Shown in pieces: positions 27,210 to 35,496 of a DNA stretch of 64,000 nt. Location of the stretch: assembly GCA_965204535.1 (NCBI GenBank), contig CBDBEV010000001.1:1952001-2016000 (forward strand), read 5' to 3'. The notes beneath the pieces were generated by a model, which had not been told where the DNA came from, ran no database searches, and was given only the letters and a program-made list of their open reading frames with translations. The DNA is from a bacterium (lineage in GTDB: Bacteria > UBA8248). Positions within the stretch are counted from its first letter, which is position 1. Every line of letters begins with the position of its first letter. The translations under genes were made by a program, and so were the position numbers.

Positions 27210-27360
27210 TTTCTGAAAGCGTCTTCGTCTTATTTCGAGCGGAGGGACTGCAAGGCAAACACTCTCTCCCGAGCAAAGCGGCCGTGGCACCCAGGCAGTG
27301 GAGAACGAGGGGACACCACCTCGTTATCGGCCAGGGCCATATTCTGGAGAACTCGAGGCA

Positions 27361-27648
27361 GTGAAAACCGTAGAGGAAGTACGCGAAGAGATTGTCAGAA
27401 AAGCGAGCGAGAATGAGGCATTCCGCGCCGAATTGGTGGCCGACCCCAAAATCGCCATTGAAAAGGAATTGGGAGTCACCATTCCCGAGGGGTTCAAGAT
27501 CGGCGTGCACGAAGATAACATCATGAGCATCAACCTGGTGCTGCCGCCGGCCGAGTTGAGCGAGGAGGATCTGAGCGCCGTCGTGGCCGGAGCACAGATG
27601 TGGCAAGAATTCGCCAACGCCTGGAACAGCTTGAACCAGAACTCCTGA
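27361..27648 (+). CDS. NHLP-leader (nitrile hydratase-like) RiPP precursor peptide
   Basis: Leader EIVRKASENEAFRAELVADPKIAIEKELGVTIPEGFKIGVHED...LVLPP..ELSEEDLSAVVAG, then core (A)QMWQEFANAWNSLNQNS; 95 aa from a GTG start. Confidence 0.9.
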   Translation: MKTVEEVREEIVRKASENEAFRAELVADPKIAIEKELGVTIPEGFKIGVHEDNIMSINLVLPPAELSEEDLSAVVAGAQMWQEFANAWNSLNQNS

Positions 27649-27843
27649 TACGATATATCCAAATAGAGCAACAGTCCGTTCGGTCGGTTCGCCGAAAAAC
27701 CCCGGGAAGGGGATGGTTCGGGACGCCGCTTTGCGGGTTTGAACCGCGTTGCGGCCCGCTTCGCCGAAGGGAGGCCGGGGTGCCGCGCTTGCTCATCGCC
27801 GCCTTGCCCCCAATGTATGCGTCCCGCTCGGAAACAGGGTTCG

Positions 27844-28941
27844 ATGATGTCTGAGAATTTCGGGGACGTCTTTCCAAGGTTGCGCCGCTTTGTTCCATCG
27901 GCCTTACTCAACGGCCCATGGTGGGACCGCCTGGTGGAGCGCGTCGGTGAACTTCCGAGTTGGCTGACTCTGAATTACGCGGCCTTCGAGTTTCGGCTGG
28001 GAGACTCTGCGCCCGCCGCCGATTATTTCGTCTCGGTTGCGCCGGGGCGTCCGTCCATGGAGTATTACGTTCGTCTGGGCGAGGCCGCAAAACCCGACTC
28101 CGCGGAGGCGGCTCTCGGCCGCGTCTACGCTCTCATGAATGGAGCGGGTCCCCCTTCCGAATCATCAATCATCGGCTGGTTCAGGGCGTCGATGCTCGAA
28201 TACGACATCGCGGAGGTCCCCCCGGACCTGCGCCCGGCCCCGGGCGTGTTCCTGGCGCTCAAGCCTCAATCCGAACTGGATGAAGACGCCGCGGGCTCAA
28301 GGACACCCCACCGCCTGGCCGCCACCATAGCGAACGCGGTCGGGTGGGAGGAGGACGAGGCGGAGCGCCTCGCCGTGGAGCGGGCCTTCGCCGCCTTGCC
28401 CGGAAGTGGCGTGGTGGATCAGATTGGCGCCGCCCCCGAGCGCGGGCCGCGCCTGATTCGCCTGATCGTGGACGGGTTGAAACTGCGCAATGTGCCCGCA
28501 TTCCTGAAACGGCTGAAATGGGATGGCTCCACCCGGAAAGTGATGGACACGCTGGAGGAGATGCGCGATATGACGCCCGTCTTCCGAATGGCGCTGGACG
28601 TCTCCGCGCACGGCGTGGGGCCGCGCCTGGGTCTTGAGATGTACAGGCCGAGAAGCCCCTCGGACCTCGACTACTGGCTGACTTCGGGGCGCAACGCCTG
28701 GCGTCCCGTCATGAACTATCTAGAAGATATGAAATGGTGTCTGCCGGAGAAGGGGGACGGCCTGCGGGCGTTCCCGGGAATCGAGAGACTCTTCGAGGAA
28801 AAGGGCATGTCCATCCTGTACAAGGGAATCAACCACTTCAAGCTCTCGATCGAGGGCGACGCCGTAGAAGCCAAGGCCTACGCCGCCCTCGCCTACTTCC
28901 GGCTCTACGCCGACTCGGAGGGTGAATCGGAGCCGGGGTGA
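27844..28941 (+). CDS. Hypothetical RiPP maturase, possibly an ABBA-fold peptide prenyltransferase
   Basis: Directly downstream of the NHLP precursor; blocks FEFRL..ADY, LEYD..PAPGVFL, QIG..R..IRL, LDV..VGPRLGLE, NHFKL..EAKAY. The CDS is solid; the function is inferred. Confidence 0.55.
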   Translation: MMSENFGDVFPRLRRFVPSALLNGPWWDRLVERVGELPSWLTLNYAAFEFRLGDSAPAADYFVSVAPGRPSMEYYVRLGEAAKPDSAEAALGRVYALMNGAGPPSESSIIGWFRASMLEYDIAEVPPDLRPAPGVFLALKPQSELDEDAAGSRTPHRLAATIANAVGWEEDEAERLAVERAFAALPGSGVVDQIGAAPERGPRLIRLIVDGLKLRNVPAFLKRLKWDGSTRKVMDTLEEMRDMTPVFRMALDVSAHGVGPRLGLEMYRPRSPSDLDYWLTSGRNAWRPVMNYLEDMKWCLPEKGDGLRAFPGIERLFEEKGMSILYKGINHFKLSIEGDAVEAKAYAALAYFRLYADSEGESEPG

Positions 28942-28953
28942 TAAGGAGTGGAT

Positions 28954-29424
28954 ATGCGAATCGGGAAACGGGTGTGTGCGCCCGCTTGCGCGGTGCTGGC
29001 GGCGGTGATTCTTCTCCCCTCTTTTTCCGCGGGCCAGGACGAGCAGACGCTGCGCGGTGTTCAAAGGGTGCGCGTGCGCACGATGAAGAGCATCAGCCGC
29101 GCGATGCGCCGGGTCAAGGTCTATACGAAAAAGGCGAACTACAAGCGCGTCGCGGCGGCGGCCGAGGAAATCGCGCTGCTCTCGGCGGCGATTCCCTACT
29201 TGAGCCCCAAGGGCAGCGCTTTCGGCAAGACGCGGATCAAGGCGGAAGTCTGGAGCCGCTTCGACGATTATACGAAAATCGCCAGGGATTCGGCCCAAAT
29301 CGCGAGAGACGTCGCCAAAGCGGCCGTAGCGAAGGATAAAGCAGGCGTCTTGAAAGCGTTCAGCGCCCTGTCCGACAGCTGTACGCAGTGCCACAAGCCG
29401 TACCGGAAGAAGAAAAGAAAATAG
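28954..29424 (+). CDS. Cytochrome c' (class II cytochrome c)
   Basis: Signal peptide, R...MK, EVWSRFDDY, single C-terminal CTQCH..YR; AAGGAG RBS. Confidence 0.88.
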   Translation: MRIGKRVCAPACAVLAAVILLPSFSAGQDEQTLRGVQRVRVRTMKSISRAMRRVKVYTKKANYKRVAAAAEEIALLSAAIPYLSPKGSAFGKTRIKAEVWSRFDDYTKIARDSAQIARDVAKAAVAKDKAGVLKAFSALSDSCTQCHKPYRKKKRK

Positions 29425-29461
29425 ACCCGACTCCGCTCCATCAACAGATTCGAGGCCGCGC

Positions 29462-30337
29462 TTGACGACCCGGCCCACCATCCCCGGGCCCGACCCGGAC
29501 ACGAAACCGCCGAAATTCGAAGTTCCCGAGGGAGCGGCGGATTGCCACTTTCATATCTTCGGGCCCGAGACGGAGTACCCCTACGCGGAGCCGAGGCGCT
29601 ACACGCCCGTTCAGGTGCTGGAGAGCGACTACCGGAAGATGGCCGACGCCCTGGGCCTCGCGCGGGGCGTCGTGGTGCAGGCGAGCCCCTACGGCGCGGA
29701 CAACACGAGAGTGATCGAGGCGATTCGCGTCCTGGGGCCGGGCTATGCGGGCGTGAGCGTGGTGGATGCGGACGCCTCCGAGGAGCGGCTCGATGAGCTG
29801 AACCGGCTCGGGGTCCGGGGCGCGCGCATCAACTCGGCTTCGGGGGGCAGAAGCGGAATCGAGCGGATGGAGGAGCTGGCCGCCAGAATCAAGGATTTCT
29901 GCTGGCACATGCAGTTTCACATACACGCTGAACAGTTGGCTGAACTGGAGCCGGAGATAAGAAAATTGCCGGTCGACGTCGTTTTCGACCATATGGGTCT
30001 TTTCCCCGCGGATATGCCTCTGGCGCACCCTGATTTCAGGCTGCTGCTGCGCTTGCTCGAAAGCGGAAACGCATGGGTGAAACTGAGCGGCGCCGAGCGG
30101 ATATCCAGGAGCGGCCCTCCTTACCGCGACGCCATCCCCGTGGCGCGCGCCTTGGTCGACGCCGCGCCCGAGCGGGTGGTGTGGGGCACGGATTGGCCGC
30201 ACACAAACGTGAAACCCGCGATTCCCAACGACGGCGACTTGATGGATCTTCTCCCAGAATTCGCGCCCGATGAGCAAATACGCCGGAAAATACTGGTGGA
30301 GAATCCTTGCGCGCTGTACGGGTTCGGTGAGCCGTAA
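29462..30337 (+). CDS. Amidohydrolase_2 family protein (2-pyrone-4,6-dicarboxylate lactonase LigI-like)
   Basis: DCHFHIFGP, VVQASPYGADN, GVRGARIN, FDHMG, WVKLSG, WGTDWPH, ILVENP. Confidence 0.88.
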   Translation: MTTRPTIPGPDPDTKPPKFEVPEGAADCHFHIFGPETEYPYAEPRRYTPVQVLESDYRKMADALGLARGVVVQASPYGADNTRVIEAIRVLGPGYAGVSVVDADASEERLDELNRLGVRGARINSASGGRSGIERMEELAARIKDFCWHMQFHIHAEQLAELEPEIRKLPVDVVFDHMGLFPADMPLAHPDFRLLLRLLESGNAWVKLSGAERISRSGPPYRDAIPVARALVDAAPERVVWGTDWPHTNVKPAIPNDGDLMDLLPEFAPDEQIRRKILVENPCALYGFGEP

Positions 30338-30389
30338 TACTGAGGGTTATCGCCACTGCTAAAAATGGGAAGAACCACTCTCCCCTTGA

Positions 30390-30502
30390 GGGCCGCTGAA
30401 AAAGCCCCTCGTTGGGGGACATTGCCTTTAGCGAGAAGGCCGCTTTCGCGCGAACTCCCGACCTCCCTCTACGCCCTGAAATCAGGACTATTTCAATAGC
30501 CC
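30390..30502. mobile_element. Putative non-autonomous MITE, same family as 47550-47735
   Basis: Imperfect terminal IRs GGGCCGCTGAAAAAGCCC / GGACTATTTCAATAGCCC; shares TGAAAAAGCCCCTCG with the right end (reverse complement) of the 47.6-kb element. Confidence 0.5.
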
Positions 30503-30524
30503 CGTGGCGAAAGGCCCTCGCGGG

Positions 30525-31973
30525 TCAGCTCCCCAGCTTTTCCCGGAGTATCTCCTGCAAGGCTTTGGGGTTGGCCTTGCCTCCCGTCGCCTTCATCGCC
30601 TGGCCGACGAAGAAACCCATGAGCTTCGTTCTTCCGCCCCGGTAGGCTTCGACTTCTTCGGGGTTCGACGCGATCACATCTTCCACGACGCTCTCGATGG
30701 CGCTCGTGTCCGTGATCTGCCTGAGCCCCTTCTCTTCCACGATCGCTTCGGGGTCCTGTCCGCTCTCCGCCATCTGGTCGAACACCGTCTTCGCGATCTT
30801 CCCGCTGATGGTGTCGTCTGTGATGAGCGAGAGCATCCGGGCCAGCCGCTCAGGCGTTACGGGGCATTCCTCGATGGTGATCTTCCGTTCGTTCAACAGG
30901 CGCAACACGTCGCCCATCACCCAGTTGCTCGCCGCCTTGGCCTGTTCTTTTCCGGTTGCCGCAACGACCTGGTCGAAATAGGCGGCCAGTTCTTTCTCCG
31001 CCGTCAGCACTTCCGCGTCGTATCGGGGGAGGCCGAACTCCTCCTGAAAGCGTTTGCTTTTGGCGTCGGGCAACTCCGGCAGTTGCGCACGTACTTCATC
31101 GAGCCATTCCGCATCCACGGTGAGCGGCACCAGATCGGGGTCCGGGAAATAACGGTAATCATGCGCGTATTCCTTCGACCGCATCCCCCGCGTCACGCCG
31201 GCGGATTCATCCCAAAGCCTGGTCTCCTGATGGATGGCACCACCGGCATCCAGGACTTCGCGCTGGCGTTTTTCTTCGTATTCGAGCGCGCGCCGAAGGT
31301 TCCTGAAAGAGTTCATGTTCTTGATTTCCACTTTCCCGCCGAGTTCCTCCGAGCCTTGCGGCCTGAGGGAGATGTTGGCGTCGCAACGCAGACTGCCTTC
31401 CTGCATGTTACCGTCGGATATCCCCAGGTAGCGCACCAGGGTCCTGAGTTTCCGCATATAGGATTCAGCGTCCTCGGGGTTTCTCAGTTCGGGCTCTGAG
31501 ACGATTTCGAGCAGCGGCACGCCGGCGCGGTTGAGATCGGAATAAGAATGTTCCGGGTCTCCCAGCTCGTCTCCATGAATCAGCTTGCCGGCGTCTTCTT
31601 CCATGTGGATTCTCGTGAGGTTGACCTTCACGTCCCGCCCGTCCCTGGTGACGAAATGAACGTTCCCCCCCGTGCAGATGGGCTCTTCGTATTGAGAGAT
31701 TTGATATCCCTTGGGGAGGTCCGGATAGAAATAATGCTTTCGGGCGAACCGGCAGACCGGCGCAATCTCCGCCCCGACGGCCAGCCCGAGCCGCAGGGTG
31801 TATTCGATGACCTGCCGGTTCAGAACCGGCAGGACGCCGGGCAGCCCGAGGTCCACCGTGCAGGTGTGTTCATTCGGGCCTCCCCCGAACGCGGCGCTCG
31901 AGCCGCAGAATATTTTGCTTTCCGTATTCAGCTGGGCATGTACTTCAAGGCCGATAACCGTTTCGTACGCCAT
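30525..31973 (-). CDS. gatB: Asp-tRNA(Asn)/Glu-tRNA(Gln) amidotransferase subunit B
   Basis: VIGLEVHAQL, YFYPDLPKGYQISQ, HMEEDAGK, NRAGVPLLEIV, EGSLRCDAN, YRYFPDPDL, GFFVGQAMK. Confidence 0.98.
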   Translation of the reverse strand: MAYETVIGLEVHAQLNTESKIFCGSSAAFGGGPNEHTCTVDLGLPGVLPVLNRQVIEYTLRLGLAVGAEIAPVCRFARKHYFYPDLPKGYQISQYEEPICTGGNVHFVTRDGRDVKVNLTRIHMEEDAGKLIHGDELGDPEHSYSDLNRAGVPLLEIVSEPELRNPEDAESYMRKLRTLVRYLGISDGNMQEGSLRCDANISLRPQGSEELGGKVEIKNMNSFRNLRRALEYEEKRQREVLDAGGAIHQETRLWDESAGVTRGMRSKEYAHDYRYFPDPDLVPLTVDAEWLDEVRAQLPELPDAKSKRFQEEFGLPRYDAEVLTAEKELAAYFDQVVAATGKEQAKAASNWVMGDVLRLLNERKITIEECPVTPERLARMLSLITDDTISGKIAKTVFDQMAESGQDPEAIVEEKGLRQITDTSAIESVVEDVIASNPEEVEAYRGGRTKLMGFFVGQAMKATGGKANPKALQEILREKLGS

Positions 31974-31997
31974 CGTCTCCCTCAATCAAAATCCGGT

Positions 31998-33470
31998 TCA
32001 CAGCGGCGGGAGCGCTTCGTGGTGCGTCGTTGCTCTTTCGAACGCCGCCGCCGCTTGAAGAATCGTTTTTTCGGCAAATGGTTTCCCGACCAGTTGAAGC
32101 CCTATCGGCAGTCCTCTTGAAGTGAATCCACAGGGCTGGCTGATGCCGGGAAGGCCGGCCAGGTTACACGGTATGGTCAGAATATCGGAGAGATACATGC
32201 TGATGGGGTCGTCGAGGCGCTCACCGATCTCGAAAGCGGGAGTCGGCGCCGTGGCCGACAGCACCACGTCGACCTCCTCGAACGCGGTCTTGAAATCCTG
32301 AGAAATCAGTGTGCGGACCCTTTGCGCTTTCGTATAAAAGGCGTCGTAATACCCGGAAGACAGCGCATAGGTACCCAGCATGATTCGGCGTTTCACTTCA
32401 TCGCCGAAGCCGGTTTTTCGGCTGGCCGCATACATGCCGAACAAGGAACCGAATGTGGAATCCCCTTCCTTGCGCACGCCGTAGCGCACCCCGTCGTAAC
32501 GCGCCAGATTGCTGCTCGCCTCCGCGGGGGCGAGGATGTAATAGACAGGCAGGGCGTATTCGGTATGAGGGAGAGAAATTTCGAGAATTTCCGCTCCTTG
32601 TCTCTCGAAGACGGCAATCGCATCCTGAACCGCCGCCTCGACCTCGGGGTCCATCCCCTCGATAAAGTATTCTTCGGGAATACCTATCTTCAGACCCTGA
32701 ACCCCGGCTTCGAGATTTTCCGTGTAATCGGGGACCGGCTCATCGGCCGAAGTGGAATCACGGGAGTCGTGACCGCTGACGGCGCCCAGCAAGACGGCGG
32801 CGTCCCGGACATTTTTCGCAAACGGGCCGATCTGGTCGAGAGAACTGGCGAAGGCGATGAGCCCATAACGTGAGATGCGTCCGTAGGTGGGCTTCATGCC
32901 CACGACGCCGCAGCAGGCGGCCGGCTGGCGTATGGAGCCCCCGGTATCCGAACCCAGCGAGACGACGCAGGAGCGCGCCGCGACGGCGGCGGCGGACCCG
33001 CCGCTGCTGCCTCCCGGAATGGTTTTCAGGTTCCATGGATTATGGGTCGGCCCGAACGCGCTTTGCTCGCACGACGAACCCATGGCGAATTCGTCCATGT
33101 TCAATTTGCCGAGGATGACCGCGCCCGCGTCCTTGAGCCGGGCCACGGCGGTGGCGTCGTACGGGGCTTCGAAATTCTCCAGGAACCGGGAAGCGCAAGT
33201 GGTCCTGGTACCCTTCATGCAGAGAAGGTCCTTGACAGCCACGGGGACTCCAAGGAGGGGAGAGTCATCGTCGCCGGCGCCGATTTTCTGATCGGCGGCG
33301 CGGGCGGCGCTTATGGCCTCGTCTTCGAGAACGCTCAAATAGGCATGCACCCTCGCTTCGGTTTCGTCGATGCGTTCGAGATAGGCCCTGGCCAGTTCCT
33401 CTGCGCTGAATTCCCTTGCTCTCAGGTTTTCTGCGATTTCCGCGACGCTCAGATAAAGCAACTCGTTCAT
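31998..33470 (-). CDS. gatA: Asp-tRNA(Asn)/Glu-tRNA(Gln) amidotransferase subunit A
   Basis: Amidase signature [57 protein letters not shown]. Confidence 0.98.
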   Translation of the reverse strand: MNELLYLSVAEIAENLRAREFSAEELARAYLERIDETEARVHAYLSVLEDEAISAARAADQKIGAGDDDSPLLGVPVAVKDLLCMKGTRTTCASRFLENFEAPYDATAVARLKDAGAVILGKLNMDEFAMGSSCEQSAFGPTHNPWNLKTIPGGSSGGSAAAVAARSCVVSLGSDTGGSIRQPAACCGVVGMKPTYGRISRYGLIAFASSLDQIGPFAKNVRDAAVLLGAVSGHDSRDSTSADEPVPDYTENLEAGVQGLKIGIPEEYFIEGMDPEVEAAVQDAIAVFERQGAEILEISLPHTEYALPVYYILAPAEASSNLARYDGVRYGVRKEGDSTFGSLFGMYAASRKTGFGDEVKRRIMLGTYALSSGYYDAFYTKAQRVRTLISQDFKTAFEEVDVVLSATAPTPAFEIGERLDDPISMYLSDILTIPCNLAGLPGISQPCGFTSRGLPIGLQLVGKPFAEKTILQAAAAFERATTHHEALPPL

Positions 33471-33658
33471 TCGCACTCCTCGTCGATGTGTCCGTCAATA
33501 CGCATTGCTTCGAGAGAAAACACCAAGGGCGGACGGCTCGTCAAACCCGGCCCCACGTAATTTTCATCGGGGCATCGGCAAAAAGCCGCTCCCGGCACAG
33601 GAGGCCCGATATCCGATGCGGCTCTTTGCCCGCCTGGACCCGGGCTTCCTTTTTTTCT

Positions 33659-34555
33659 TCATCGGCACCGGAGCAGAAAAGTGGCGTAGCCGAGAAACTG
33701 CCTTCCACCGCCGTCGTGGTATATCTCGAGGTCTCGTTGCCATCTGTCGAGCGTATCCTGGGCTTCGAGCGAGTCCGCATATTCGAGCCGGTTCTCGATA
33801 ATGGCGCGGGCTTGCGGGGCAAGAAAGGTTTCCCAGGCGTTCTCCGATTCGTGTTCCACGAATTCGACGCCGTATCCCTGTTCCATAAAGTGGCCCCGGA
33901 ATTCCTCCACGTCAATCGGTTCGCAGGGAAGGTAGGCGTCGAGCCATCTCGCCAGCCGTTCGGAGTCGCCGTCTTCATCTTCGGGTTTCCAGACCAGGCC
34001 GGAGAAGGCGATCCATCCCCCGGGCTTCACTATCCGGGTCAAGCTCCTCAGCTTGCCCGTGCCGTTCGAGGGGTAAGCGGGTCCGCACAAAAGCGCCAGA
34101 TCGAAATAATCGTCATCGAAGGGAAAATCATCGCTCGAATGCGTCAGCAAGTCGATGAGATGGGACAGATCTTCGAACAGAATTCGCCGTCTTCCATCCT
34201 CCACGAACTCGGGGCGATCATCGAGGCCGATTGCCGAACATCCGAACATTCGCGCGAGCGAAATGACGCTCCCGCCCTTGCCGCACGATGCGTCGAAAAC
34301 CTGAAAATCCGCTGACAAGCCGATATGCTCGCCAATCTTTTTGAGCGTGCTTACCGAGATGGGAACGAGGAAATGATTGTGCTTGAAACGCTCGAACAGG
34401 TCGGGTTGCATGAAGCGGGCTTGAAAGAGAGCTAAAAAATCGAGAGGCCGATTAAATCGAGCATCAGGATAATCGTGCTCAAGCCCAGGATTCCACCAAT
34501 GATGAGGGCGAACAACCCGAAGAGTTTTCCGTATACCATGACTGCTTTCTCCCAA
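33659..34555 (-). CDS. Class I SAM-dependent methyltransferase
   Basis: VFDASCGKGG (motif I), FPFDDDYFDL, VKPGGWI, ends GYATFL; start uncertain. Confidence 0.75.
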   Translation of the reverse strand: MGESSHGIRKTLRVVRPHHWWNPGLEHDYPDARFNRPLDFLALFQARFMQPDLFERFKHNHFLVPISVSTLKKIGEHIGLSADFQVFDASCGKGGSVISLARMFGCSAIGLDDRPEFVEDGRRRILFEDLSHLIDLLTHSSDDFPFDDDYFDLALLCGPAYPSNGTGKLRSLTRIVKPGGWIAFSGLVWKPEDEDGDSERLARWLDAYLPCEPIDVEEFRGHFMEQGYGVEFVEHESENAWETFLAPQARAIIENRLEYADSLEAQDTLDRWQRDLEIYHDGGGRQFLGYATFLLRCR

Positions 34556-34570
34556 CGATTAGAACAACGG

Positions 34571-35494
34571 CTATTTCTTTTTGCCTTTCCCCTTCGCGGA
34601 CGTCCCGGCAGGCTGCGACTTGCTGATCTGCATGAACACCTTGCCGTCCTTCAATACGGTAACACTTCCCGTCGACTCGCTGATAGCGAACGATATGGCC
34701 GTGCTCACTTCCGTTATACCCGCTCCGGCCATATGACGCGAACCCAGACCGGGGGGCAAATCATTCTCGGGCGCCGCGTTCAGGTGTCTCCCGGCGGCTT
34801 CGATGATCCCGTCTCCGCGAATGACGAATGCGCCGTCGATGGCGCTGAATTCCTTGATGGTCTCGCGCAGGGCCGGGTCCATGATGTTTCTCTGCTCTTC
34901 CGGGTATCCATGAAAGGGGTTGATGACGAGTTGGCGTGAATACTGCAGCACCAGATCATGGTCTCCCAGAACGAAAAGCGCGCCGCGGGGCTTTCCCTCC
35001 CGCCCTTCGGCGCCGAGTTCGAGAGCGAGCGACAAGACCGTCTCGAACACCTTCGGGTCTACGCCTTCAACGGCGCTTTGCGTTTCCGACGTCTGGAGCA
35101 TTTCTTTTTCGCGATCCAGATGAAAGACCATGAGCGTGTCGATTTCTTCGTTCTCGGGCAAGCCCGAAAGGCAAACCACGGTGTCGTTCTGGGTGATGGA
35201 GCCTTCGCTCAAGGCGATCACGACGCCCATCTTGATGATGTCGATCCGGTTCAGGGACAAGGCGGGCAATTGCATGACCTTGCAACCCCGCTTTTCCAGT
35301 TCCTCGTAGAGGTCGGGGGAGCAGGTGGTGGTGAAATGCTCCACGCCGACGGGGAGGTCCATCAAGGCGTCCAGATCCTTCATCGCGTCCGCATGAATGA
35401 AAACGGCCTTGGCTTCGAGTTCGTTGCAGATTTGCGAAGCCGCGGCGATGATGCTTTCGCTGAGGCCGGCTTGTTTTTCGGCCGCTTCTCTCAC
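34571..35494 (-). CDS. Diadenylate cyclase, DacZ-like (N-terminal PK_C-like domain plus DisA_N/DAC domain)
   Basis: EGREGKPRGALFVLGD, NPFHGY, IKEFSAIDGAFVI (DGA), GLGSRH, ISESTG. Confidence 0.88.
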   Translation of the reverse strand: MREAAEKQAGLSESIIAAASQICNELEAKAVFIHADAMKDLDALMDLPVGVEHFTTTCSPDLYEELEKRGCKVMQLPALSLNRIDIIKMGVVIALSEGSITQNDTVVCLSGLPENEEIDTLMVFHLDREKEMLQTSETQSAVEGVDPKVFETVLSLALELGAEGREGKPRGALFVLGDHDLVLQYSRQLVINPFHGYPEEQRNIMDPALRETIKEFSAIDGAFVIRGDGIIEAAGRHLNAAPENDLPPGLGSRHMAGAGITEVSTAISFAISESTGSVTVLKDGKVFMQISKSQPAGTSAKGKGKKK

Positions 35495-35496
35495 CC

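Noticed and set aside
27241-27300. c-di-GMP-I (GEMM) riboswitch in the RiPP leader (GGCAAAC ... GCAAAGC)
   Set aside because: The two words are only 12 nt apart and the GAAA-tetraloop stem between them is missing. An alternative GGAGGGA/TCTCTCC hairpin explains the region. An Infernal/Rfam search would settle it.
27285-27300. Sigma54 promoter (TGGCAC) upstream of the RiPP precursor
   Set aside because: No GC at the -12 position (GG-N10-GT).
27646-27666. Sec read-through of the RiPP precursor TGA stop
   Set aside because: It would add only YDISK before a TAG. There is no Cys-homology argument and no convincing SECIS.
28954-30337. Cytochrome c' and amidohydrolase as RiPP tailoring genes
   Set aside because: They are co-oriented and close, but both are ordinary members of widespread families with no RiPP-recognition features. 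The adjacency is more likely incidental and needs a synteny check.
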